This document shows, piece by piece, positions 20,506 through 30,200 of a stretch of DNA of 56,385 bases. The position numbers and the translations under genes were made by a program. The notes beneath the pieces were generated by a model. It did not search any database. It had not been told where the DNA came from and saw only the letters and a program-made list of their open reading frames with translations. Each line of letters opens with the position of its first letter. The stretch's first letter is position 1. Source of the DNA: an uncultured Bacteroidota bacterium (lineage in GTDB: Bacteria; Bacteroidota; Bacteroidia; NS11-12g; UBA955); contig CALMKH010000023.1 in NCBI GenBank assembly GCA_937867025.1, forward strand, positions 1 through 56,385. The letters run 5' to 3'.

Positions 20506-20901
20506 AACCATTAAACCATATAAAAAATATGGGTGGATAAAATGTGCTGTAAAGTTGTCCGGTTGTAAGCCTGGCACGACCCTTGACAAACTATGCAGAT
20601 GCCTGATAATCAAAGCTAAATGACAGATTTTCAGATATTCTTCTGAAAAATTATGAGATTCGTCATACTATGTATATGACCTGTAATCTGGAATTATTTT
20701 ACGGTTTTTGCTTATTTAACGTATTGTTAACCTTGACTGATCATTTTGGGAGAAATGCTGATGTCCGTTTTTGAGGCAATTTCTACATATAAAAATGCAC
20801 TGCAAAAACCGGTGATTTAGCCATGACAGGTAACTGATCAATATTTTTATTTATTTTTCGATTATTTATTTTAACTTGCATTGAAAATTAACAAACTTCT
20901 C

Positions 20902-23241
20902 ATGAAGGCAAGGCTGTTTTTTCCCTGTTTATTACTGGCCGGACTATTGGCCCAGTCTTTATCCGCACAGGATCTGACGCCTTCCCAATGGCCGCACCTG
21001 AAGGGTTACTGGACATTCCAGGATCAGGGCAAGCTTACAAAGGCCACGGTAGGCAATGACCTTGCCCTCGTGGGCTCCCATCAGCATCTTGGCGGACCAT
21101 CCTTATACGATACTGCTGTGCGCATCACCATAGGCAATTATTACAAATGCCTGCATAATATGGCTCCGAACGGGGGAGGAGATTCTGTCAACCGTTATAC
21201 ACTGATGTTCGATTTCAGGATACTCAGCCTGCAGAAATGGCACACGTTTTTTCAAACGGATACAACTAACAAGAACGATGGGGAATGTTTTATAAGACCT
21301 GTAAATTCCGCCACGCCGGGAGCTATTGGTGTTGGTGCTACGGGCTATTCCTACGACAGGGTCAAGCCGAATACCTGGTATCGCCTGGTGATTTCCGTGA
21401 ACCACGGTCATTTTTACCGGTATTACCTCAATGGGAAACTCCTTCATGAAGGCGACACGCAGGAAGTGGATGGAAGGTTTGCCCTGACGCCGCAACTTTT
21501 GTTGTTTGCGGATGAAAACCAGGAAGACGATACAATGGATATTGCTTCTGTGGCGGTATTTGACACCTGCCTTTCACAGGCTGATGCCGCCCGGCTGGGC
21601 ACGATAGATCCATGCGCCAGGAATCCCATGACTCTCTCATTAGGCACAGATACGGTCATATGCGGAGACAACCTACTTAGCAAATCGCTCGGTTATGGGT
21701 ATACCTATAAATGGTCGACCGGGGACACATCTTCCACAGTCAGCTTCAGTATGAAAAAACATGGGAGCGGACAAAAGACGATATGGGTGAAAAAGACTGA
21801 TGTCAATAATTGCGTTTTGCTGGATACATTTGTTTTGGGGATTTACAATACACCACCGCTCAACCTTGGAAAAGACACAGGTTTCTGTGAAGGGCAGAAG
21901 CTCAGGATAACGGCTGGCAGTGCAGGGGGAAACAGTTTTGTCTGGACAATGCTCCCTGCAGGATCCATCGTTTCCAAAATCAATAATTTTACCATTGACA
22001 CTACAGGCAGTTATGCAGTGTTAATGACAAACCAGTCCGGCTGTTCCAGTTCAGATACCATACAGGTTACCGTATTCAGTCTTCCGCCAAAACCTGCTGT
22101 AGCAACATCTAATAAAGACATATGCCAGGGGGATACGGCTGTTATTTCGGGTCCGGCAGGATATAAAACGTATATCTGGAGCAATGGACAAAATGCTCCT
22201 TCTATTTCTATTCAGCAGTCTGAGACTGTGAGTTTAAAGGTTCGCGATTACAATGGCTGTGAGAGTCCGTTCTCTGATGACATGCAAATAACCATGCACA
22301 ACAATCCGGAAGCTCCTGAACTGAAATTTTTTCCGGATACATCGGCCTGTGAAGGCGACAGCATCATTGTTTCCGTTCAGGGTGCGGCATCGTCTTATCT
22401 TTGGAATGATGGCCAGGGACCGGCAGTAAGGAACATTAAAGCAAGCGGTTCGTTTTATGTGACCATCAAGGATCAGATGGGTTGCCAGAGTCCCGTCTCA
22501 GACACCCTTAACATTACATTCAACCCCCGGCCTGCAAAACCCGTCATAGAACTTATGGGGTTGCTTAACCAATGCCTCGGAGACAGTGTGACCCTTCGTT
22601 GCAAAGATTCGTCAGCGCATTACGAATGGAGCAATAATGGCATTGAAAAACACATGGTTTCAACATCAACGGAAACCTTCAGGGTAAGACTGCGCAACCG
22701 GTTTGAATGCCGTGGCGAATGGTCCGACAGCATTACCGTCCTTTTCCATTCCATACCTCCCAGGCCCGAGGTGCAAACATTGGGTCAGGATAGCCTCACC
22801 TGCAGTATACATGCCAAAAGGTATCAATGGATCATAGATGGCAATACAGGGGACGACACCATGAAATCTGTCAAGGGCATCGACAAGGCCTCATTTATGG
22901 TAAAGACAGGATCAGATTACTGCTGGTCGCAGCCTTCCGAATCGTTCATTTTTGAAAAGAGCAGCATAGAACCGACCCTGACGTCAAGGATTATGTTCCG
23001 CATCAGTCCCAACCCGGCTGATGAAGTGATAAAACTGCAGATGGTAAATCTCCGGGGCAATAGTACTGTCGCCATCCGCATCAGCGATCTTCCGGGCAAA
23101 ATGGTTCTGGATCTTAACACGGATCCTGATAAAATCAAGTCGGGATTGGAGCTAGACCTCGGTCACTGGCCTGCCGGAATGTATTTTGTAAGGGTAAGCA
23201 CCCTGCAGGGGGTCTATACCGCGAGATTTATGCTGAGATGA
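20902..23241 (+). CDS. T9SS-secreted protein: LamG/concanavalin-like domain + Ig-like repeats + type A CTD
   Basis: Signal peptide ending LSA|Q (ATG 20902 preferred over TTG 20881). YTLMFDF...WYRLVISV...YYLNG (LamG-like), repeated C.GD...Y.W..G...GC units, and ISPNPA...G.Y.V CTD. Confidence 0.85.
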   Translation: MKARLFFPCLLLAGLLAQSLSAQDLTPSQWPHLKGYWTFQDQGKLTKATVGNDLALVGSHQHLGGPSLYDTAVRITIGNYYKCLHNMAPNGGGDSVNRYTLMFDFRILSLQKWHTFFQTDTTNKNDGECFIRPVNSATPGAIGVGATGYSYDRVKPNTWYRLVISVNHGHFYRYYLNGKLLHEGDTQEVDGRFALTPQLLLFADENQEDDTMDIASVAVFDTCLSQADAARLGTIDPCARNPMTLSLGTDTVICGDNLLSKSLGYGYTYKWSTGDTSSTVSFSMKKHGSGQKTIWVKKTDVNNCVLLDTFVLGIYNTPPLNLGKDTGFCEGQKLRITAGSAGGNSFVWTMLPAGSIVSKINNFTIDTTGSYAVLMTNQSGCSSSDTIQVTVFSLPPKPAVATSNKDICQGDTAVISGPAGYKTYIWSNGQNAPSISIQQSETVSLKVRDYNGCESPFSDDMQITMHNNPEAPELKFFPDTSACEGDSIIVSVQGAASSYLWNDGQGPAVRNIKASGSFYVTIKDQMGCQSPVSDTLNITFNPRPAKPVIELMGLLNQCLGDSVTLRCKDSSAHYEWSNNGIEKHMVSTSTETFRVRLRNRFECRGEWSDSITVLFHSIPPRPEVQTLGQDSLTCSIHAKRYQWIIDGNTGDDTMKSVKGIDKASFMVKTGSDYCWSQPSESFIFEKSSIEPTLTSRIMFRISPNPADEVIKLQMVNLRGNSTVAIRISDLPGKMVLDLNTDPDKIKSGLELDLGHWPAGMYFVRVSTLQGVYTARFMLR

Positions 23242-23243
23242 AG

Positions 23244-23278
23244 AATGGACAATTGTCCATTATCAATTATCAATTGTC
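23244..23278. repeat. Perfect 18-bp palindrome plus four GA(C/T)AAT(T/G) heptamers at a convergent gene junction
   Basis: aatggacaattgtccatt at 23244-23261. The minus strand reads GACAATT GATAATT GATAATG GACAATT. Confidence 0.6.
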
Positions 23279-24672
23279 TTATCATTCCTTATTCTGGCCA
23301 GCAGCAGTGATCCGATGATGAAGAAAACCATCAGCGACAGGACCGAGTACCTCAGGTTGGGCTGAATTTCTTTTTCCATGCCCGCCATGTCTATAACAAG
23401 TACCATAAGATATTTTGTGAAACCGAATACAAATGTGCCTATGACGATGGCGATCTTTTCAGAGAATTCATAGAAACTGAAGTACGACGCATGATCCATG
23501 GTGTCACCCGGTATCATTTTGGCATACGTGCTTCGCGAAAGGCTTTGAATTCCTCCCATCACAAATCCCACTACCGAAGCCAGCAGGTAAAAGGCATTGA
23601 TGCTGGTAATGTAATACGCAGCAATGCAGATAACCACCCAGACCATATTCAGAATGAGCAGGGCGTAAATATTGCCTATTATCCTGGACAATTTTGCAAA
23701 CAGGTATGCGCCCGGTATGGCAATAAGCTGTATCAGCAGCACAGTAATGATTAAATTCTGTGTTGGCATCTTCAGCTCCACGTCTGCAAAAAGAGTGGCT
23801 ACATACATAACGGTTTGAACCCCCATGCTGTAGAAGAAAAAGCCACCCAGAAATTTTCTGATCAGTCCGGATTGCCTGATCTGCATAAAGACCTGGCGTA
23901 GTTCCCTGTAACCTTTTGAAAAGGAAATACGCGCACTGGTGCCCGTCCTGCCCGGAAGATAATAAAACGGAATCAGTGAAAATCCCATCCACCACACACC
24001 GACACAAATAAACGCGAGCGAGCTGGCCGAGCCGGCATAGAAACCTTTGGCTTTTTTTAATGCCTCTTCTTCGGTAAGGGCGGGGTTGGCTGTCAGCAAT
24101 TCCTGCACTTTGCCGCTGACATCATACAGCAGGTCGGGTTTTATAATAAAGAGGAGATTGGCGACAAGTAAAATAACTCCTCCTATGTATCCCATGGAAA
24201 ACCCTTTGGCGCTAAGCTTGTCAAACCTATCTTCCGTGGCGATTTCCGGCAGATAGGCATTATAGAACACAATGCTACCCGCATAACCTATGGTGCCGAG
24301 GATAAAAGTGGAAACCCCGATCCATGTATGGTCGCTGTCAAAAAAGCTCATGCCCAGGCAGCTCATGCTTCCGATAATCACAAAAGCACGCATGAAGGAT
24401 TTTTTATTTCCTGCACTGTCAGCTATGCCGCCCAGGATAGGGTTTATCAGTGCGACCACGAGGAATGCAAACGAAAGGCAATATGTGAAAACAATGGAAG
24501 AATCTTCGAAATGAAAGCCCAGGATATCCACCCCTGCTTTTGTCTGGCTGGTCCAGTATATGGGGAAAACGGCCGAGGTGATGGTCAGTGGGAACACACT
24601 GTTTGCCCAGTCGTACATGCACCAGGCATTGGTTATTTTGGGATTGTTTTTTTCTATGGTTGGAGTTTGCAT
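23263..24672 (-). CDS. MFS transporter, UMF1/ATG22-like family
   Basis: AWCMYDWANS, FYNAYLPEIA, GYIGG, GGIQSLSRS. Confidence 0.9.
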   Translation of the reverse strand: MQTPTIEKNNPKITNAWCMYDWANSVFPLTITSAVFPIYWTSQTKAGVDILGFHFEDSSIVFTYCLSFAFLVVALINPILGGIADSAGNKKSFMRAFVIIGSMSCLGMSFFDSDHTWIGVSTFILGTIGYAGSIVFYNAYLPEIATEDRFDKLSAKGFSMGYIGGVILLVANLLFIIKPDLLYDVSGKVQELLTANPALTEEEALKKAKGFYAGSASSLAFICVGVWWMGFSLIPFYYLPGRTGTSARISFSKGYRELRQVFMQIRQSGLIRKFLGGFFFYSMGVQTVMYVATLFADVELKMPTQNLIITVLLIQLIAIPGAYLFAKLSRIIGNIYALLILNMVWVVICIAAYYITSINAFYLLASVVGFVMGGIQSLSRSTYAKMIPGDTMDHASYFSFYEFSEKIAIVIGTFVFGFTKYLMVLVIDMAGMEKEIQPNLRYSVLSLMVFFIIGSLLLARIRNDKTIDN

Positions 24673-24681
24673 GTTAATGGA

Positions 24682-25332
24682 TTAACGGAAGCAAAAATAT
24701 ATTTTATTGAGGTGTTCGCTATGGGTACGGGAATAAAATCCGGAAAAGACTTCACTCAGGCAGTTTTCGAATATCCTGCTTTCGTGAGACTCCATGTTCA
24801 TGGTGTTTCGCATATAAATGCCCTTGTCGGCCAGGAGCGCTGAATTGCCGGAAAGGTATTCGCGTGTGATGCAGAAATCGGGCATGCGGTTGTCCCAGAA
24901 TATGTCGTCGATAATCAGGTCGAACGAGGCAGCGGGCAGATGTTTTATCTCCTCCGTCACGTTCCCTTTTATCACCCGGAGGTTGTGGTATTTGCCAAGA
25001 TCAAAATGCCGGTAAGCGATATCAACCAGTTCAGGATCGATTTCAATGGCAGTGACCTGGTAGGGATGCCTGCACTTGTTGGCGAGGATGCTGAGAGCGC
25101 TTCCGCCGCCCAGGCCCAGCATGAGGATATTGGAGGGTTTGTGTTGGCGAAGGACTTCGGAAATGCCTTTGAGCATGATCTGGTGAAGGCTTCCGAAACT
25201 GTAATTGGCGTTTTCGCTGTTCAATACCTTGGATCCGTTCTCAAAATTGATCTCATAGGTTTGTCCCAGACTGGTTTTACCTTTCAGAATGGTCTGTTGG
25301 AAGACATAACTCAAAATTTTTCTTGAATCCAA
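24682..25332 (-). CDS. Spermidine-synthase-like class I SAM methyltransferase
   Basis: NYSFGSLH, LMLGLGGGS, IEIDP, FDLIIDDIF. Start reassigned to TTG 25332, 4 nt after the upstream stop. Confidence 0.8.
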   Translation of the reverse strand: MDSRKILSYVFQQTILKGKTSLGQTYEINFENGSKVLNSENANYSFGSLHQIMLKGISEVLRQHKPSNILMLGLGGGSALSILANKCRHPYQVTAIEIDPELVDIAYRHFDLGKYHNLRVIKGNVTEEIKHLPAASFDLIIDDIFWDNRMPDFCITREYLSGNSALLADKGIYMRNTMNMESHESRIFENCLSEVFSGFYSRTHSEHLNKIYFCFR

Positions 25333-25336
25333 GTTG

Positions 25337-26179
25337 TCAGAATAAAAATAAAAAACCTGCCTGTATACTGATGCTGTTATCTGAAACGCGGTATGCAAGG
25401 CGATCGGTGGCCTGGTTCTTGTTAAACCTTGCAGGCAACACATCGCGGTTGTTTCTTATCTCCGTCACATCCTTATGATAAACCGTTTCGCGGGAAGCCA
25501 CATCCGGATACACTTCTTCGATGCTGAGGCCTTTCGTGCCGGAATAGGAATCCACCTTGCGGCTCTTGACCGAATGATGCAGGATATTGACATCTGCATT
25601 CAGGAAAAACCTGATCCCTGAGGTTACACTTGTGCTGAGGCCCACGGAGCCGTTGAATCCGAAAGATGGATAATGTTTTACCTTGAGTATGGTAACAGAC
25701 TCACCCGACGAATCCCTCACATCATACTGCTCTTGGGCCGAACTGAGCAAAGGGAGGATAACCCCTGCAGAAACATTGACCTTGAATGTCCTCACCGCAG
25801 TAACATACGAAATCCTGGTGATGAAGCGAAGGGAATTGAGGGTCGCAGTGGCTGCCCTGTAATATGTTCCGGTGTCCCGGATAAGGCCTGTTACGACAGG
25901 ATTGCCCCCGAGATGATTGAAGCCCGCTGAGACATACCAGTTGGAACTGTCTGGGTATACATGCAGCATCAACTGCCTGCTGATGCCGCTTGCAAGGGAG
26001 TATTTTTTTTCTGAGCGGAACGGCAGGTCATTGTTCTTCAGGCCGTTTATGCCGAACTGGTGTCCGAATTCAATGCTGGCGCCGAATTTCTGTGCATTCA
26101 GGCCGGTGATGCACAGAAGGCATATTACAAAGGATAATAGCCTGATTCCGGATGGTATGATATGAAACTTCAAATTCAA
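25337..26179 (-). CDS. Probable outer-membrane beta-barrel protein
   Basis: Signal peptide ending LNA|Q, amphipathic strands, terminal IQAGFLFLF. Confidence 0.7.
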   Translation of the reverse strand: MNLKFHIIPSGIRLLSFVICLLCITGLNAQKFGASIEFGHQFGINGLKNNDLPFRSEKKYSLASGISRQLMLHVYPDSSNWYVSAGFNHLGGNPVVTGLIRDTGTYYRAATATLNSLRFITRISYVTAVRTFKVNVSAGVILPLLSSAQEQYDVRDSSGESVTILKVKHYPSFGFNGSVGLSTSVTSGIRFFLNADVNILHHSVKSRKVDSYSGTKGLSIEEVYPDVASRETVYHKDVTEIRNNRDVLPARFNKNQATDRLAYRVSDNSISIQAGFLFLF

Positions 26180-26187
26180 ATCAAATG

Positions 26188-26195
26188 CAAATATA
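26188..26195 (-). promoter_or_regulatory. Candidate -7 element (TATATTTG) for the OMP-methyltransferase-MFS operon
   Basis: Exact TAnnTTTG match 8 nt upstream of the TTG start. Confidence 0.55.
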
Positions 26196-26212
26196 GTTTT
26201 TTTGATCTATAC

Positions 26213-26298
26213 CTGTACCAGTTAGGTTTTCGAACCTAACGGTACGGCATTACTCATTCTACAGAGTGTTTTCTTCGAAAACCTACTTAGAATGAGTA
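26213..26298. repeat. Interleaved inverted repeats / REP-like hairpin
   Basis: Hairpin gttaggtt-ttcg-aacctaac (26221-26240). 12-bp IR 26223-26234/26274-26285. 11-bp IR 26251-26261/26288-26298. Confidence 0.7.
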
Positions 26299-26371
26299 TA
26301 ATTGGACCATTTCACTCCAATATACCCATAATATTCCTAAATACCAAATCTGAATTCTTAAATCTATTTTG

Positions 26372-26379
26372 TATCTTTG
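26372..26379 (+). promoter_or_regulatory. Candidate -7 element (TATCTTTG) for purQ
   Basis: Exact TAnnTTTG match 5 nt before ATG 26385. Confidence 0.65.
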
Positions 26380-26384
26380 CAGTG

Positions 26385-27083
26385 ATGAAATTAGGCGTGG
26401 TAATTTTTCCCGGCAGCAACTGCGACAGGGACCTGATTGAAACCCTTTCGGACGTTTCCGGCCAGGAGGTTGTGGAATTATGGCATAAGGATACGGACCT
26501 GAAAGGGGTGGACATGGTGTTTATACCCGGAGGGTTTACATATGGTGATTACCTGAGGACAGGCGCTATTGCCAAACTGAGTCCCATTATGCAGAGTGTC
26601 ATAGCGCACGCTGAAAAGGGTGGTTTTGTCATGGGCATCTGCAATGGCTTCCAGATACTTTGCGAGAGCGGCCTGTTACCCGGAGCATTGCTGAGGAATA
26701 CCAACATGAAATTCGAGTGCCGCAACATATTTCTCAAACCGGTCAATACCAACCTGATAATCACTGCCAAGCTGGATAAGAATAAGGCGTATAAAGTGCC
26801 TATTGCGCATGGCGAAGGCCGTTATTATGCAGACGCCGATACCCTGAAAAAACTTGAGGACAACCAGCAGGTGGTTTTCAGGTATTGTTCTGAAAGCGGT
26901 GAAATTGACGAGGCTTCCAATCCGAACGGCTCACTGAATAATATCGCGGGCATTTGCAATGAGGGAAGAAACGTATTCGGCATGATGCCGCACCCTGAAA
27001 GATGTTCATCCAGCCTCCTGGGTAATACGGATGGCAGGCTGATCTTCGAAAGTATCATCGAACGGGCCGGCGTGTTAAGCTAG
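26385..27083 (+). CDS. purQ: Phosphoribosylformylglycinamidine synthase subunit PurQ (glutaminase)
   Basis: FPGSNCDRD, PGGFTYGDYLR, GICNGFQ, AHGEG, MMPHPER. Start moved to ATG 26385 (MKLGVVIF). Confidence 0.97.
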   Translation: MKLGVVIFPGSNCDRDLIETLSDVSGQEVVELWHKDTDLKGVDMVFIPGGFTYGDYLRTGAIAKLSPIMQSVIAHAEKGGFVMGICNGFQILCESGLLPGALLRNTNMKFECRNIFLKPVNTNLIITAKLDKNKAYKVPIAHGEGRYYADADTLKKLEDNQQVVFRYCSESGEIDEASNPNGSLNNIAGICNEGRNVFGMMPHPERCSSSLLGNTDGRLIFESIIERAGVLS

Positions 27084-27217
27084 GCATCGTTTTTTAAAAT
27101 CCTTTTTAAATCACAAATCACTTCAGGGATTTATTTCCCTGCAGACAGGCTCATCCGGGTTATTGTGCATTCCATTCACTTCCGGATTAACATGGGCTAC
27201 ACACGTAATTCAGAAAC

Positions 27218-27250
27218 AAAAAAAAATGCCGTCCGGAGACGGCATTTTTT
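27218..27250. terminator. Bidirectional intrinsic terminator between purQ and the giant operon
   Basis: aaaaaatgccgtc / cgga / gacggcatttttt. The minus-strand loop is C(UCCG)G, with U-runs on both strands. Confidence 0.9.
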
Positions 27251-27268
27251 CATCAAATATTATATCCT

Positions 27269-30200
27269 TTATTTCACGAATATAAGTCTCCTGTTCTGTA
27301 CACCTCTCGAATTCCTGATCTTGATGATGTACGTTCCGTCGGCAAATGAATCATACAGGTCGAAGGAATGAATATCTTTTCCTACTACATTAAAGTTCAT
27401 GAACATTTTGCCGGTCATGTCAAATACTTCTATGGTGATTGGTTCGTCCAGGCCAAGTGCAGATAAGTTGGTGATCACCACATTTCCTGCGCTAGGATTA
27501 GGCTGCACTGCAATTGAAGCAGGTTCCGGAGCGTCGATGACAAGCACTGTGTCGATCTTCGAACATCCTTTGGCGTCGGTGACAGTCACTATGAACATTC
27601 CGGTTCCCAGGTTGACAGCGGTATCTGTGGCCTGGCTCCTTGAATCATCCCACTTGATGGTGTACGGCGCTGTTCCGCCTTGTATTTCCACCCAAGCATA
27701 GCCATTGGTTGCTGACTTGGTGGCGGATGTGCCATAAGCCTGCAGCAACAGTTCGGGTGGTTCGGGAACAACAGCAGTATCCCTGAATACGCAACTGTTG
27801 ACGTCTGTCACGGTCACATGATAGGAACCCTGTACGAGTCCGCTGATGTTCTGCGAGGAGGCCCCGTTGCTCCAGTTAAACGTGTAACCAGGAGTTCCGC
27901 CGGATGGCAGCAGGCTTATTGCGCCTGTGTTATCGCCGTAACAATCCACGTCGTCCACTGTCATTGCAGCGGTAAGCGGTGCGGCTGGCTCTGTAAGGGT
28001 AATGCTGTCCTTCAGGATACAGTTGTTGGAGTCTGTGACGGTGAGTACGTATTTGCCCTGCGGCACATTGGTGAGATCTTTGGTCAGCGCGCCGTTCGAC
28101 CAGTTGAATACATATGGTAAGGTACCGCCGCTGATATTGGCTGTCACCGAACCGTCATTTCCGCCGAAACAGTTGATATTATCATTAACGAGGGCGGACG
28201 CCAGCGGAGCTGAAGGCTGACGGACTGTAACAGTGTCTTTCAGTATGCAATTGTTGGCATCTGTCACGGTCACCATATAATCGCCTTTTATCAATGTATT
28301 GATATCTTCTGTTGAAGCCGCATTCGACCACGCAAAGGTGTACGGAGATGTTCCTCCTGATACAGTCAGGTCAGCGCTTCCGTCATTGCCTCCGAAACAT
28401 TTTACATCCAGTATAGTGACAGTGTTGCTCAGCGGAGCAAGTGGCTGGGTCAGGACAGAAGTATCCAGCAGGAAGCAGTTGTTCTTGTCTGTTATGCGGA
28501 TGGAGTAGGTGCCTTCCTTGACATTGTTCAGGTCTTCGGTTGTGGCGCTGTTGTTCCAGGCGAAACTGTACGGTATGGTACCGCCTGTAACGGTCAGGTC
28601 AATCTGTCCGTCGGAACCGTCGTAACAGTTGATATGATCCAGTGCCTTGCTGAGGGCAAGCGGTGCGGTAGGTTCTTTAATGGTGAGTGTATCCCTGCGC
28701 ACGCAGCTGTTGCCGTCGGTGATAACGACGCTGTAGACGCCCTTAATCTTTCCTGAGATGGCTGATGTGTTCTCGCCGCTCGACCACTGATACGTATAAG
28801 GCAGTGTGCCGCCGGTACCCAGGGCAGTGATGCTTCCGTCATTGCCTCCGAAGCACAGCACGTCATTTACCGTAATGTTTGATAGCAGCAGGGTTGGTTC
28901 GTTAATGACAACGGTATCCCTGTCGGTACATGCATTGGCATCTGTTACGCGCACAATATAGGTGCCTTTCACAAGGTTGGTGATATCCTGTGTGGTGGCG
29001 CTGTTGCTCCACTGATAGGTGTAAGGTGTGACGCCGCCTGTGACGCTCAGGTCAATACTTCCTGTATTGCCTGCAAAACATTTCACATCCTGGAATGTGT
29101 GTGTGGCTACGAGCAGGGCAGGTTCTGTAATGTTGACCGTGTCGTTGGCCACGCAACCGTTATTGTCGGCTACTACGACCGTGTATTTTCCGGCAACAAG
29201 TCCATTGAGGTCCTGGGTGCCGCCGCCATTGCTCCACATGTAGATATATGGAGTGGTGCCTCCTGTTACTGTCAGGTCGATGCTTCCATCATTACCGTTC
29301 TTGCATTTCACATTCTGGAATGTATGGGTAGCGATAAGCAGCGCAGGTTCTGTGATCACAACCGTATCCCTGCGTATGCAGCCGTTGGCATCAGTGATCC
29401 TCACTGTATAAGTGCCTGCAACAAGTGAGCTTATGTCCTGCGTAACGGCGCTGTTGTTCCAAAGATATGCGTAAGGGCTTACTCCTCCGGTAACAGTCAG
29501 GTCGATGCTGCCGGTATTGCCATTTTTACACCTGACATTCTGGAAGGTCTTGCTTGAAACCAGGAGTGCCGGTTCGGTGATGATCACTGTGTCGCGGACA
29601 ATACAACTGTTGCCGTCTGTCACCCTTACAGTGTATGTGCCGGCTGTGAGCGAACTCAGATCCTGGGTGGTGGCCGATGTATTCCAGAGATAGGTATACG
29701 GCGTGGTTCCACCACTGACGCTCAGGTCAATGCTTCCGTTATTGCCATTCTTGCACAGGACATGCTGGAATGTTTTAGTGGAGACAAGAAGGGTAGGTTC
29801 GGTGATGATCACCGTGTCGCGGGCTATGCAGCCGTTGAAATCGGTCACCCTCACAGTGTATGTGCCGGCAGTAAGGGAAGCCAGATCCTGGGTGGTGGCA
29901 CTGTTACTCCACAGGTAGTTGTATGGTGTTGTTCCGCCGCTTACGGACAGATCGATGCTTCCTGTGTTGCCGTTTTTACACCTGACATTCTGGAACGATT
30001 TGCTTGTGACCAGTAATGCAGGTTCGGTAATAATAATGGTATCTTTCTTCGTGCAGGCATTGGCATCGGTTATCGTTACAATGTAGGTGCCTGCTGTCAG
30101 TCCGCTGATATCCTGCGTGGTAGCGCTGTTGCTCCACAGGTAGGTATACGGTGTTGTTCCGCCGGTTACAGTCATATCAATGCTGCCTGTGTTGCCGTTT

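Noticed and set aside
25333-25443. N-terminal extension of the methyltransferase ORF in the track
   Set aside because: It overlaps the upstream OMP gene. TTG 25332 gives a normal operon junction.
26292-26384. Longer purQ start, and purQ standing apart from purL/purS
   Set aside because: The extension runs through the promoter and is not PurQ-like. Dispersed pur genes are ordinary in Bacteroidota.
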